Shown here: piece after piece, positions 20,498 to 30,993 of the stretch
Numbering within the stretch: position 1 is the stretch's first letter
Layout: each line of letters opens with the position of its first letter
DNA from: a bacterium
Lineage (GTDB): Bacteria; CG2-30-53-67
Direction: 5' to 3'
Length of the DNA stretch: 64,000 nt
NCBI GenBank assembly: GCA_919901565.1
Contig: CAKKPE010000138.1
Span: 11,936-75,935 of the forward strand
Translations under genes and position numbers: made by a program
The notes under the pieces: generated by a model
The model's input: only the letters and a program-made list of their open reading frames with translations
Database searches by the model: none
What the model was told of the DNA's origin: nothing

Positions 20498-23400
20498 TCA
20501 GGGGCAAAAGGTCCTGCTGTAGCCGCAGGTGAGGCAGAGGTCCCGGTCCGGGCACATCGGGAAAGGGGAGGTGAGGCTCTGGATTTCTCGGACCATGGAG
20601 AGGATCTCTTGTTCAATCGCATCCGGATCGGTCTGCATGGGAAAGGTGACGCCGGGGTGAAGAAAGACGATGGCGGTTTCGATCGGTTCATTGAAGAGAC
20701 GATGCGCGGCCAGGGCATAGGCCGCGAGCTGGAAGCGGTATTCCCCGGCCTTGGATGCGGTTTCAGATTCGACAACCCGGTCGGTCTTGTAATCGATGAG
20801 GGTCAGATGTCCCGCTCTATCACGGAAGAGTTTGTCGATCACCCCCTGGACCTGGCAGGGGCCGAGCTTAAACACGAAGGGTACTTCGGTGAAGACCTCG
20901 GAGGATTTCCGGATATCCTCAGCGGTTTTTGCAGCAGAGAATCGCCTCAGGAGATCAAGGGATTGCACCCGGGCTTCTTTCTTGTCCCCGGCCGGAAGAT
21001 CAATGCGGTGAAGCTCCCGGTCCACAATCGCCGTGAGCGAGGATGTGTCCATGTCCCAGCGCTGAAGGATCCGGTGGACAAGGGTCCCGAGGCTTTTCCC
21101 TCCGGTAGGCGGTAGGTCCTGATCCGGGAGAGATGGTTCCGTGATCCCGCAGAGACATGAAAGCTCATATCCCCTGGGACATTTCCCGAAAGCCAGGAGT
21201 TGCGAGACCGTGAAGCGGCAGGGCCGCGGCGGCACCGGGGCCCGGACCGCCCGGTCGAGCATGGCCAGGGCAGCGTCATGCTCCTGGACCGGGGCCGGCT
21301 CTCCCTGCAGGATTCCCGGGTATGTTTCCATCCAGGTGGGCTCTTCAACGATGCGCTGGTCCGGAGATTTAACTTCAGTGAACACGCGGATCTTCCGGTC
21401 TCCATACGCGATGTCCTGGGGATAATTCTCTTCGGTGATGCCGAAGGCCTGCTTGAGCCAGTCCATGGGTACGGCCGAGTCGGGTTTGGCTTTTTTGGGG
21501 AAGCTTAGCTGTCCGGAGAGGACCAGGAAGTCTTTGGCCCTTGTGGCAGCGACATAGAAGAGCCGCTTTTCTTCATTGACATCATTGGTCCTGCATTCAT
21601 CAATGATCCGCTTGCTGGTGTAGGAATTCCTGAAACTTCCCCTGTCGTCCGGCGTCTGTATCCCGATGCCGATGTCCCGGTGGACCTGGATCGGCCCGGA
21701 CCTGGCCCCGTCCCTGGCCGCAAGATCCGGCAGGAAGACCACGGGGAACTCCAGCCCCTTGGCCCTGTGCACGGTGAGGATGCGCACCGTATCCTGCGTC
21801 TCCTCGTCTACCTGGGATTCGGCCTCACGCGTCTTTTTCTCCATGAGCTCTTCGATATGGCCGACGAAGTCCGAGAGGTCGAAGAACGGTTTGGCCGAGA
21901 ACTCCCGGGCGAAATCCATGAGTTTTTTGAGGTTGGCATAGCGCTGTTTCCCATGCACCGGGTCGGTCAGGATCATGGCCGGGTATCCGGACATATCGAG
22001 GAACCGTCCGATTAGCTCGGGGATCCGGATCCTGTCCCGCACAGATCTCAGTTTTCCGATCATCTCCCTGGCCCGGACCAGTATCCTCCTTTCGGACTCG
22101 TCTATCTTCTCAACCGATTCGGCCCCGCTCAATCCCTGGGACAGGGACTGCTCCCGTGTCATGAAAAACAGGGTCTCGTCCCTGATGCCAGCGCAGGGAC
22201 TGCGAAGGAACCCGGCCAGGGCCGCCTGGTCCTCGGGATAGAGGAGGACCCTTAAGAGATTCAGGACGTCGATGACCTCCTGCTTTTCGAAGAATCCGGC
22301 CCCGCCTATGACCGTGAAGGGGATGCCGAGCTGCCGGAGGGCCCCTTCATAGATCTTGAGCCCGGTCGTGGCCCGGAAGAGGATCGCGATATCACCGAAC
22401 TGCACGGCCCGTTTTTGGCCCGGGGAGAGATAGATCCTCTCTTCTTTGTTTTCGACCATCTCCCGGATGCGGGAGGCGATCCATGCGGACTCCTGCCGGC
22501 GGGTCTCCTCCATGGAGATCTTTTCCCCGTCACTGGACCCGGAGAAAAAGCATTCCACGAAGTGGCCCCCCTCGATACTCCCGAGGTGAGGCTCGAGCTT
22601 TTCGAAGAGGATATCCTCATCTGATTCAGGCCGGGATGGGAAGATCCTGGAGAAGAGGTGATTGAGGAAATGGAGGATCTCTTCCTGGCTCCGAAAATTC
22701 CTGTTCAGGGGGATGACCCCTTCAGGGTCATTCGCCCGGATCTGCTGCTGGAACGCCTGGAACACGGAGACGTCCGCTCCCCGGAATCCGTAGATGGACT
22801 GTTTAGCGTCTCCCACGGCGAAGATGCGACCGGGTTCGTCCCCTGCGATCTGCCGGACGATCTCCATCTGCAGACGGTCCGTATCCTGAAGCTCGTCGAT
22901 GAGAAGTGTCAAAAGCTCCCTCCGGTAAATGTTTCGCACCTCCGGGTTCTGTTTGAGCAGGCCCAGCGCCAGGATCAGGAGGTCGTCGAAGTCTACGGCC
23001 CCCCGTCCGGTCTTTTCCGCACGGTACCGCTCGTTCAAAAGATCGAACTCGGAGATGAGGGCGCGGAGCAGGGCGAGGTCCTGCCGGACCTTATCCTCAT
23101 CGTAGAGCAGGACAAGGCCTGCCGATAGCTCCTTAAGTTCCGAGAGAAGGGCCTTCGCATGTTTCAGCTCCTCTTCTCCCCATTTCTTTTTGCTTCCGCC
23201 TTTCAGGGTTATGGAGGAGAGAGCGGTTAATGCGTCTGCAGAGAGTTCCCTTGAACAAAGGAGGGTGATGGCATTCTGCCGGGTCTTTTCAATCAGGTCT
23301 TCCTGGTCCGGGCAGGAGATTGCTTCAAGGTCCCTGGACATGGATTGCAGCCTGGCCCGGGCATCTGATCGCAGGGGTTCCAGGATCTCCTCATCCGAGA

Positions 23401-23998
23401 GCCCGCGGTACTTATCGGACCAGGCGGAGACGATATCCCGATGTTCCAGCATCCGGACCAGGGTCTCCCGTGTGCGGCGCAGCCCGTACGCAGTGAGGAG
23501 CCGGACCATGGTTTCGGCCTCATGGTTCAGGCGGTCATTGATAAAATCCCGGACGGTCCTGTGAAGGAGGATGATGGTCTCGGTCTGGTTCAGGGTCATG
23601 AAGCTGGGATCGATGCCGGCCTCGATGGCATTCTCTTTGAGCAGGCGGGCGCAGAGGCCGTGAATGGTGTGGATCCAGGCTGAACCCGCGTCCCGGAATC
23701 TCAGCGACCAGATCTCCTTTTCCACAGGATCTTCAGCCAGCGCTATCTTTTTCTGGATCTTGCTGCGGATCTTTTCCTTCATCTGGTTGGCGGCTTTTTC
23801 AGTAAAGGTGATGGCGGCGATCCCGTTGACCTCCATGCCTCCGTGTTCGAGCAGGTAGAGGTACCGGTCCACCAGGACCGTGGTCTTCCCGGAACCGGCC
23901 CCGGCCGAGACGCAGATGTTGCGTCCCAGGGTGGTGATGGCCCGCTTCTGGTTTTCAGTCAGCTGGATATCCTGATGATCGGCTTGTGTTGTGTCCAA
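20498..23998 (-). CDS. addA: UvrD/PcrA-type helicase with a C-terminal PD-(D/E)xK nuclease, AddA/RecB-like
   Basis: Walker A CVSAGAGSGKTTVLVDRY, the UvrD helicase motifs, and the C-terminal nuclease motif LIDYKTD are present. The length is 1166 aa. Confidence 0.8.
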   Translation of the reverse strand: MDTTQADHQDIQLTENQKRAITTLGRNICVSAGAGSGKTTVLVDRYLYLLEHGGMEVNGIAAITFTEKAANQMKEKIRSKIQKKIALAEDPVEKEIWSLRFRDAGSAWIHTIHGLCARLLKENAIEAGIDPSFMTLNQTETIILLHRTVRDFINDRLNHEAETMVRLLTAYGLRRTRETLVRMLEHRDIVSAWSDKYRGLSDEEILEPLRSDARARLQSMSRDLEAISCPDQEDLIEKTRQNAITLLCSRELSADALTALSSITLKGGSKKKWGEEELKHAKALLSELKELSAGLVLLYDEDKVRQDLALLRALISEFDLLNERYRAEKTGRGAVDFDDLLILALGLLKQNPEVRNIYRRELLTLLIDELQDTDRLQMEIVRQIAGDEPGRIFAVGDAKQSIYGFRGADVSVFQAFQQQIRANDPEGVIPLNRNFRSQEEILHFLNHLFSRIFPSRPESDEDILFEKLEPHLGSIEGGHFVECFFSGSSDGEKISMEETRRQESAWIASRIREMVENKEERIYLSPGQKRAVQFGDIAILFRATTGLKIYEGALRQLGIPFTVIGGAGFFEKQEVIDVLNLLRVLLYPEDQAALAGFLRSPCAGIRDETLFFMTREQSLSQGLSGAESVEKIDESERRILVRAREMIGKLRSVRDRIRIPELIGRFLDMSGYPAMILTDPVHGKQRYANLKKLMDFAREFSAKPFFDLSDFVGHIEELMEKKTREAESQVDEETQDTVRILTVHRAKGLEFPVVFLPDLAARDGARSGPIQVHRDIGIGIQTPDDRGSFRNSYTSKRIIDECRTNDVNEEKRLFYVAATRAKDFLVLSGQLSFPKKAKPDSAVPMDWLKQAFGITEENYPQDIAYGDRKIRVFTEVKSPDQRIVEEPTWMETYPGILQGEPAPVQEHDAALAMLDRAVRAPVPPRPCRFTVSQLLAFGKCPRGYELSCLCGITEPSLPDQDLPPTGGKSLGTLVHRILQRWDMDTSSLTAIVDRELHRIDLPAGDKKEARVQSLDLLRRFSAAKTAEDIRKSSEVFTEVPFVFKLGPCQVQGVIDKLFRDRAGHLTLIDYKTDRVVESETASKAGEYRFQLAAYALAAHRLFNEPIETAIVFLHPGVTFPMQTDPDAIEQEILSMVREIQSLTSPFPMCPDRDLCLTCGYSRTFCP

Positions 23999-23999
23999 G

Positions 24000-24275
24000 G
24001 TTGTTTATTCCTTATGTTCCTTCTCCCTTTGGGGAGAAGGAACCCGAAAGTTTTTAATCTTCTCTATGTCCCTTCTCCCCTTTGGGGAGAGGGGACTTGC
24101 GAGGTTCTAATTTTTCTATGTCCCTTCTCCCCTTTGGGGAGAAGGTTAGGATGAGGGTGGCTCTCTTTCCTGTCAACCCCTCACCCTTGCCCTCCCCGGA
24201 GGGGAGAGGGGACTTGTGGTGATAATCTTTTCTATGTTCCTTCTCCCCTTTGGGGAGAAGGGATCTGAGGGTCCA
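24000..24275. repeat. Tandem array of 4-5 REP-like units (ttctatGTCCCTTCTCCCCtttGGGGAGA...)
   Basis: The units are spaced about 55-60 bp apart. The intervening sequences are partly similar to each other, so this is not a CRISPR array. It lies between addA and the DUF559 gene. Confidence 0.7.
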
Positions 24276-24627
24276 CCCCATTTTTTTCATCGATACGTTT
24301 CTTGATGGTTTCATAAACCCCTTCGATATTGTTCAATATTTCCAGATTATTGAACCTTAATATTTCTACTCCTGCTTTGGACAACACTTGTGTTCTGAAT
24401 ATATCTTGCTGTCTCCCATCATCTTCAAAGTGCTGCCCTCCATCTGCCTCGATCCCAAGTTTGTATTCAGCGGGATAGAAGTCCAGTATGTATTCGCCAA
24501 TTGGATACTGCCGCCTGAATTTTACTCCATCCATCTGACGATTTCGTAATATTGTCCAGATTTTCTTTTCCGCATCTGTTTGATTCTTTCGGAGTGACTG
24601 GCATTTATTTATATTTTTCCGTTTCAT
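24232..24627 (-). CDS. DUF559 (Vsr-like endonuclease fold) protein
   Basis: The sequence DAEKKIWTILRNRQMDGVKFRRQYPIGEYILDFY is typical of DUF559. The C-terminus runs into a REP-like repeat. Confidence 0.55.
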   Translation of the reverse strand: MKRKNINKCQSLRKNQTDAEKKIWTILRNRQMDGVKFRRQYPIGEYILDFYPAEYKLGIEADGGQHFEDDGRQQDIFRTQVLSKAGVEILRFNNLEILNNIEGVYETIKKRIDEKNGVDPQIPSPQRGEGT

Positions 24628-24689
24628 GGGTCACCTGCTTTCCCCCCCACCCTTGCCCTCCCCGAAGGGGAGAGGGGACTTGCGAGGAT

Positions 24690-27600
24690 CTAACCTTCCC
24701 GGATTCTGCATACCGGGCTTAACTCACAATAGTCCGGGCACTTTTTTTGCGTTACGGGGAACTTTCCCTGCCGGATCGCCTCCACATATTCCCGGATATA
24801 CCGCATGGAGGCTTCCATGAGTTCTTTGAAGTTCTCGTCGTTCTGGATCTGTGTCTTTTTTTCTCCTGAACGAAGAAGATAAAAAGAGCCGTTCTTCAAT
24901 TCCCGTTGATTGGAGAAGATCGTGCCGGCCCATGCGGCATAGACCGGGAGCTGAAGGCTTTCACCTTTCATGATCTGTGCTGCGCCCGGGGCGCTCTTTC
25001 CGGACTTGTAGTCCACGATGGAGAAGAACGGCTTGTCACCGGACGTGCTGAGGTCGATCCGGTCCACCTTGCCCAGGATCCGGATCTTTCCGGTCTCCGA
25101 ATCCATGGTAAGCGGCTCGGTGCTGGAGATGGGATCGTTCAGCTGGAAGGGTTTCATACCGAAGCAGGCCTCGAAGTGCGACGGCACGTCTCCGGTTTCC
25201 CGGTGTTCCTCGACCTCCTGGTCGATGAACCGGTCAAGGGTCCGGTGGACTTCCTCTTTTCGCACCTCCCATATCTTTCTGTGCCCCGGGATCCCCCTGG
25301 CCTCTGCCCTGTTGAGTTCCTCTTCGGCTGTCCGGTGCATGTTCTTTCTTGCCTGTTCCAGGTTGTCTGCGTTTATGCCCGTGCCGGTCTCCCGGAGATG
25401 CGCGGCATAGAAACGCTGAAGGATCCGGTGATAGAGGCTCCCCAGGTCCCTGGCCTCGACCTCGTCTTCCACCTCTTCCACGGGCTGGACCTTGAGCTCC
25501 CGTTCGCAGAAGTAGGTAAACGGGCATGCCCCGTAGCGCTCGAGCGCTGTGACCGAGAACGGGGCCTCCTGCTCCCGGAGGAGCGCCGCGGCCGCGGCCC
25601 CGAGAAGGCCTGAGTAGGGCCCGTCTCCGCTGTTGCGGTCTTCTGTGACCCGGAGCCCGTGCAGCAGGGGCCAGAGTTTATGCGGCCGTGTCCTCGCCAG
25701 GAGGTTGAAAAGGGAAGGGGCTTCCGGGTTTACGGATGCAGGGCGGCTGAGGTTCAGGAAGGTGTATTCCAGAAGCTCCTTGTCCCTGAAGATATCCTCC
25801 GGATCCGGAAGAGGGTCATTGATGGATACCTCTTTCTTTTCGATTGCGCCCTCTTCGAACAAGCTCCATACGCGGTCCATGAAACGGGAAGAGAGAAGCT
25901 CCCTCCCCTCGGCATCGGTACGGGGATAGGTGAGATACAGGGTCCGGGCCGCTGAGGCGGCGCAGAGGAGAAAGAGGACCTCTTCCTCTTCACGCCGGTG
26001 TGAGGCGAGGGTAATCCACCGGTCCGGGCCAAGGGTTTTGTTCAGAATGATCCGGTCTTTTTCCCTGAAGAGCGGGTCCGGGGGGTGGGCCCGGGGGAAG
26101 ACTTCTTCCACGAGCCCGCCGATAAAGACCACGGGCCTTCTGAGCCCGCGCATGCCGGGTGCGTCCGTGACCAGCACGGCATCTTCGGCCGGCGGGTCGG
26201 GGATGTACTGGGCCTCGGAGAGGGTATGGTTCAGGATGCGCACAAACTCGGAGAGCGGGATATTCATCCCGCTGTGTGAGGCTTCATACTCGCGGACCAT
26301 CTGGGCGAGAAGCTCCCTGAGGGCATCCAGCCCGCGCTGGTCCCGGCGGACCAGACGGAGCTCCGGGCAGGCGGATATCTGTTCCTCCATCCGGAAAGAC
26401 CGGACCATCTCTTCAATGGCCTCCGCGAACCTCCCCGGAGCGGCCTTGCCCGGCAGGGCCTCGATGGTCTTGAACAGGGCCCGAATGATTCTGGCGCAGG
26501 CCTGGTAGTCCCCGATATTTTTTGTACCCTGCTTTATGCGTTCTTCTCTTTTCTCCAGTTCTTCACTCTCCAGGCTTCCCTGCTGAAGCAGTTTCAGGTT
26601 CAGGTCCAGGTACTGTATCCTGGAGGCAAAGCGGCTCTCCCATTCCTCTTTGCCCCCGTGGACCATGGCCTCTCTCGAAAGGATGTCGAAACGTTCCGGA
26701 GGAAGATTCTCCTTGAGCAGAGGCTCGAACCGGATATAGTCTGATCGGATCAGCCGGACCACGGCTTCCCTCCGGTATCCCCCCAATGGGATTTCCAGGA
26801 TTCCCATGACGGTCCGGACCAGGGGGTTGCTTCTCAGGGGAAGGCCGCTCCCCATGCGTATGGGGATGCCGTGGGAGCGAAAGACCTCCGTGACCTTGTC
26901 CTGGTAGTCGCCGAGGCTTCGGAAGACTACGGCGAAATCCTTGAAGGAAAGTCCCTGTCCATATTGGAGCCTGCGGATCTTTCTCGCGATCTCTTCCACC
27001 TCCCGGTAGGCTCCGGGCGAGTTGAGTATCCGGATGGACCCCTTGCACTGGATCCGTGGCGCGATCTCTTCACTGTTGAGAAAATGCTTTCTTAGATGAT
27101 GGAGGGGATCGACCGGATCTTTTTCATCAGCGGAGAGAGGCTTGATTATTGCGTGCGGCCAGACGCTGTCCAGCCGGTCCAGGGTCCGCCGGGTGAACGT
27201 AGAGCCCGGTCCGGTACCATGGACATGTGGCAGGGTGATGAAGATCCCTTCTATGTTCCGGAGCCCGGAGAGTGCGGCAAGAAGACGAAGCTGAATGGGC
27301 GTAAAGTCATAGAATCCTGTGACGAAGATTTTTTGCAGACGGGTCATGGACCCGGGGTTCTGTTCGAGGATTCCCGCTGCGAGCGGGAAGAGATCCTCAC
27401 GGTCCAGCAGGCCCCGGGTCCTGCGCCGGGTTTCGTACTCGTGATAGATTCTTGCCGCCTCGATGATCCTGGGCGAGGCCTGGGCGGAAAGAGATTTTTT
27501 CAGGAACTCCTCTGAAGAGACGCCTCCATCCTTGAGTGTGCGGATGAGGTCGACAACCAGATCCATAAGCCCCCGGGTTTCCCTGACTTCGACAAGGTGC

Positions 27601-27971
27601 TGCAGCGGCATTTCAGCGAGGATCGCCTGGACCATCCACTTGCGGGCAAGGGGGGTGTTCACCCTGCCGGGGAAGGGAGATTCCTGGAAGATCTCCATGC
27701 AGAGGTCGAGAAAGGTCAGTATCCTGAGTCCGATGAACCCGTTGACGCCCTTTTGGGCAAGGATGGCCTCGCGGATGGCTTCGGCCTTGAGGTTGGAGGA
27801 GACCAGGACCATGACCATGTGGCAGCGGTTCTCCGTGACGGCCGGAAGAATTTCATTGAGAATGGTCTGCGTTTTTCCTGAGCCCGGCGGGCCGGTGAGG
27901 ATCTCTACATTGCACATGAGGTCTCTTTGTTCAGGTCCGTTCAAAAGGTTCAAAGAGCTTCTTGTATTCAT
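24690..27971 (-). CDS. addB: AddB-like helicase-nuclease subunit (degenerate helicase plus PD-(D/E)xK nuclease, C-terminal Cys cluster)
   Basis: The P-loop ILTGPPGSGKT, the nuclease motif IVDYKSGK and the C-terminal CPDYCELSPVCR (Fe-S-like Cys) are present. The gene lies upstream of addA on the same strand. Confidence 0.75.
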   Translation of the reverse strand: MNTRSSLNLLNGPEQRDLMCNVEILTGPPGSGKTQTILNEILPAVTENRCHMVMVLVSSNLKAEAIREAILAQKGVNGFIGLRILTFLDLCMEIFQESPFPGRVNTPLARKWMVQAILAEMPLQHLVEVRETRGLMDLVVDLIRTLKDGGVSSEEFLKKSLSAQASPRIIEAARIYHEYETRRRTRGLLDREDLFPLAAGILEQNPGSMTRLQKIFVTGFYDFTPIQLRLLAALSGLRNIEGIFITLPHVHGTGPGSTFTRRTLDRLDSVWPHAIIKPLSADEKDPVDPLHHLRKHFLNSEEIAPRIQCKGSIRILNSPGAYREVEEIARKIRRLQYGQGLSFKDFAVVFRSLGDYQDKVTEVFRSHGIPIRMGSGLPLRSNPLVRTVMGILEIPLGGYRREAVVRLIRSDYIRFEPLLKENLPPERFDILSREAMVHGGKEEWESRFASRIQYLDLNLKLLQQGSLESEELEKREERIKQGTKNIGDYQACARIIRALFKTIEALPGKAAPGRFAEAIEEMVRSFRMEEQISACPELRLVRRDQRGLDALRELLAQMVREYEASHSGMNIPLSEFVRILNHTLSEAQYIPDPPAEDAVLVTDAPGMRGLRRPVVFIGGLVEEVFPRAHPPDPLFREKDRIILNKTLGPDRWITLASHRREEEEVLFLLCAASAARTLYLTYPRTDAEGRELLSSRFMDRVWSLFEEGAIEKKEVSINDPLPDPEDIFRDKELLEYTFLNLSRPASVNPEAPSLFNLLARTRPHKLWPLLHGLRVTEDRNSGDGPYSGLLGAAAAALLREQEAPFSVTALERYGACPFTYFCERELKVQPVEEVEDEVEARDLGSLYHRILQRFYAAHLRETGTGINADNLEQARKNMHRTAEEELNRAEARGIPGHRKIWEVRKEEVHRTLDRFIDQEVEEHRETGDVPSHFEACFGMKPFQLNDPISSTEPLTMDSETGKIRILGKVDRIDLSTSGDKPFFSIVDYKSGKSAPGAAQIMKGESLQLPVYAAWAGTIFSNQRELKNGSFYLLRSGEKKTQIQNDENFKELMEASMRYIREYVEAIRQGKFPVTQKKCPDYCELSPVCRIREG

Positions 27972-29085
27972 CCAGGGCGTAGCGGTCGGTCATGCCGGCG
28001 ATGTAGTCGCAGATGACCCGCTCCTTGCCTGCATGTTCGAACATGCGCTGGTGTTTCTGGGGCAGAAGCGTGGGATTCTCATGGTAGGTCTTGAACAGGG
28101 CGGAGAGGACCATCTTCCCCTTGATCCGCATCCGCTCAACCCGGTAGTGCGTGTAAAGGTTCTGTGAGAGGAACTCCTTGAGCCGGCTGTTCTCCTGCCG
28201 GGTCTCCGGGCTGAAGCAGACCGCAGGGATGTTTTTTTCACGCAGATCGTTGAGGGATCGGATGTCATGCTCCCTGAGCATGGACGTGGAGTGCAGGACC
28301 AGGTCATTGATGAGATAGCCGATGAGAAAACTGATGGCCTGATATTTCTTGCGGGTCTCATCAATGCCCGGGTATAGGGTCTCGATCTGCCGGAATGTAC
28401 GGTCCACAAGAGGGGCAGCTTCCCTGAGTTCGATCAGGTCGAGCAGGCCCGATGTGAGGCCGTCGTCGATGTCATGGTTATTGTAGGCGATCTCGTCGGC
28501 CAGGTTGATGATCTGCGCCTCCAGGGTGGGGACAACGCCCGGAAGGTAGTCCTTCATCTCCGTGATGTCCGGCCGGTCATGGAACGAGGAATGCTTGATG
28601 ATTCCTTCCCGGGTTTCGAAGGTGAGGTTCAGGCCGGAGAAATTGGGGTAGCGCTCCTCCAGTTCTTCCACGATTCGGAGGCTCTGGCGGTTGTGTTCAA
28701 AACCGCCGTGGTCTTTCATCAGCTCATCCAGCAGGTCCTCGCCGGAATGGCCGAATGGGGTGTGCCCCAGGTCATGGGCTAGGGCGATGGCCTCTGCGAG
28801 TTCCTCGTTTAAGCCCATGGCCCGTGCCGTGCCGCGGGCGATCTGGGCCACTTCAAGGGTATGGGTCAGACGCGTTCTGTAATAATCTCCTTCATGGTTT
28901 ACAAAGACCTGGGTCTTGTACTCCAGCCTGCGGAAGGCCGCGCAATGGATGATCCGGTCCCGGTCCCGCTGGAAGTCTGTGCGGGAATCCTTGAAATTCT
29001 CTGAAAAACGCCGGCCCCTTGATGTCTCGCTCCTGGCCGCGTAGGGGGCCAGGTCCGGCCGCTCTTTCTCGTATGCCTGCATCAT
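27931..29085 (-). CDS. dgt: dGTPase-like HD-domain triphosphohydrolase
   Basis: The motifs RDRDRIIHCAAFRRLEYKTQVF and HTLEVAQIARGTARAMGL...LAHDLGHTPFGH identify the family. Confidence 0.8.
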   Translation of the reverse strand: MMQAYEKERPDLAPYAARSETSRGRRFSENFKDSRTDFQRDRDRIIHCAAFRRLEYKTQVFVNHEGDYYRTRLTHTLEVAQIARGTARAMGLNEELAEAIALAHDLGHTPFGHSGEDLLDELMKDHGGFEHNRQSLRIVEELEERYPNFSGLNLTFETREGIIKHSSFHDRPDITEMKDYLPGVVPTLEAQIINLADEIAYNNHDIDDGLTSGLLDLIELREAAPLVDRTFRQIETLYPGIDETRKKYQAISFLIGYLINDLVLHSTSMLREHDIRSLNDLREKNIPAVCFSPETRQENSRLKEFLSQNLYTHYRVERMRIKGKMVLSALFKTYHENPTLLPQKHQRMFEHAGKERVICDYIAGMTDRYALDEYKKLFEPFERT

Positions 29086-29355
29086 AGATTTTCCCCGGAT
29101 GGATGGAAAAAGTGTAGCACAAAATCAGGGCCGTTTAAAGAATAATAGAAATTAAAAATCAAAAATCAAAAATCAATATGACAGAGTAAAAATCAAATTT
29201 TGTATTTTGATTTGTCATTTTGATTTTTTATCTTTGATGTTTGATGCTTCAGGTGCGCAATAAAACCTTTGATTTCCAGTTTTTTACGCGGTTCAGCTTA
29301 AACTCGGAATAGGCAAATATGGCAGATGGATCAGGGGCTTACATCGGAGTTATTG

Positions 29356-30918
29356 TTAAAAGATACTCTGCACCACAGCGCTGATTTTATGCCACGGGAT
29401 CCTGTCAGCCGCTTTCTGCATGCCGTACGATCGGACACAGGCGAGAAAGGCATCGGCTGCAAGGGGGTCGAGCTGCGTGTTGCGGCTCCGGATGATCTCT
29501 TCCACGGCAAAGTCATGCCCTTTGGCCGTCCGGTAAGGGCGGGACGAGGTCATGGCATCATAGGTGTCAGCCACGGCCAGAATCCTGGCCAGCAGGGGGA
29601 TCTCTTCACCTTTGATCCCGTCCGGGTAACCCGTTCCATCAAACCGTTCATGATGGTGCCTGATGATGAGCCGTTCCTCATGGAGGAATTTCAGCGGTTT
29701 GACGATGTTTTCTCCGATCACCGGGTGGGTCCGGATGCTTTCCCACTCAGTATCCGTCAAACTCCCCGGCTTCAGGAGTATGGTGTCCTGGATGCCGATC
29801 TTTCCTATGTCATGGATGAAGCCCGAGAATCGGAGGGTTTCCATCTCGGCCCTGGAACGGCCCATCTCGTTTGCAATCAGGATGGCGAGATCGGTTACCC
29901 GCTGCGAATGGTCTTTGGTATAGAGGTCCTTGGCCTCTACGGCCATGACCAGGGACCTGAGCGTATCGGTCAGGTTCTCGTAGATGCTTTCGTACAAAGC
30001 GTGGTTCTCAATGGCCATGGTAAACTTGGAGAGCATGTTGTTCAGCAGGTGAAGTTCCTTGGCCGAGAATGGCGACGCCTTGGATATGTTCAGGGATCCG
30101 AAGACCTCATCCTTTATGGCCATGGGAAGGGCCAGAAAGTTACTGTTGGTTTTGCCAGCGGCGGAGATAGGGCTCAACTTTCCGGCAGGAATCATCAGGG
30201 TGCGATTTTCCAGTACCGCCTTTCCGATCGCCCCCTCTCTCAGGGGGATCGGGTGGATCAGGTTCCCGTCCCCATGCAGCCGTTTGGGGACCAGCGCATC
30301 GGTCTCCCGGTCTATGATGAGAATCGAGATATCCTCCCCTTTCGTGATGCTCGATGCCATCTCGATCATCCTATCGAAAAGGTCTTCCATGTTTTCTGAA
30401 TGGCAGGCCATCTCGCCTGTGGAATACATGATCGAGAGCTCCTCGATTTTACTCTGCAAATTTTCGTTCAGCTCCTCGATCTTCTTTTTATTTCTGAGTT
30501 CCCCTTCCAGGTACCGGTTTTTTTGCTGAAGGGACTTCTCTCTCAGGGTCCGCGTGATGATATGCTCGATATGCCCCATCTGGAAGGGTTTGGTGATGAA
30601 ATCCGAGGCCCCTTTTTTCATGGATTCCACGGCCAGGGTGATGCTTGGAAAGCCCGTGATCATGACCACTGGCGTTGTGTCACCTTTGGACCGGATGGAT
30701 TGAAGGAATTCAATTCCGTTCATCCTGGGCATGTTCACGTCGGTGAAGATCATCTCGTAAGACCGCTGGCCGGCCCGCTCGATGGCTTCAAGGCCGTCCC
30801 TGCAAAGGTCCGCCTGATAGCCGAGGTGCGTGATCAGGCGTTCGAGCACGGAAAGGTTCTCCTGGCTGTCGTCTATGATCAGGATGGTCTTGGTCTCTTC
30901 CATGGCCTCTTCCCCCAA
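29356..30918 (-). CDS. Response regulator with REC, GAF and HD-GYP domains (c-di-GMP phosphodiesterase type)
   Basis: The REC domain reads ILIIDDSQENL...TDVNMP. The HD-GYP domain reads HSQRVTD...HDIGKIG...HHERFDGTGYP. Confidence 0.8.
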   Translation of the reverse strand: MGEEAMEETKTILIIDDSQENLSVLERLITHLGYQADLCRDGLEAIERAGQRSYEMIFTDVNMPRMNGIEFLQSIRSKGDTTPVVMITGFPSITLAVESMKKGASDFITKPFQMGHIEHIITRTLREKSLQQKNRYLEGELRNKKKIEELNENLQSKIEELSIMYSTGEMACHSENMEDLFDRMIEMASSITKGEDISILIIDRETDALVPKRLHGDGNLIHPIPLREGAIGKAVLENRTLMIPAGKLSPISAAGKTNSNFLALPMAIKDEVFGSLNISKASPFSAKELHLLNNMLSKFTMAIENHALYESIYENLTDTLRSLVMAVEAKDLYTKDHSQRVTDLAILIANEMGRSRAEMETLRFSGFIHDIGKIGIQDTILLKPGSLTDTEWESIRTHPVIGENIVKPLKFLHEERLIIRHHHERFDGTGYPDGIKGEEIPLLARILAVADTYDAMTSSRPYRTAKGHDFAVEEIIRSRNTQLDPLAADAFLACVRSYGMQKAADRIPWHKISAVVQSIF

Positions 30919-30993
30919 AAGAGATTACGTCTGCTGCAGGGCCTTGTTCACGGGTCCGGAATATGCTTCCCCCTGCGGACCTCAGGGGGCCGA

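Noticed and set aside
24000-24275. CRISPR-like regular spacing of about 30-bp repeats with about 25-bp intervening sequence
   Set aside because: - The repeat is internally palindromic and belongs to the dispersed REP-like family seen singly at many other sites.
- The intervening sequences resemble each other.
- No cas genes are present.
29326-30399. + strand ORFs starting exactly at the ATG supplied by MITE right ends (29326..30399 and 53489..53860)
   Set aside because: - They are antisense to well-supported genes (the REC-GAF-HD-GYP regulator and the histidine kinase).
- Their translations are low complexity.
- The element may still drive antisense RNA there.
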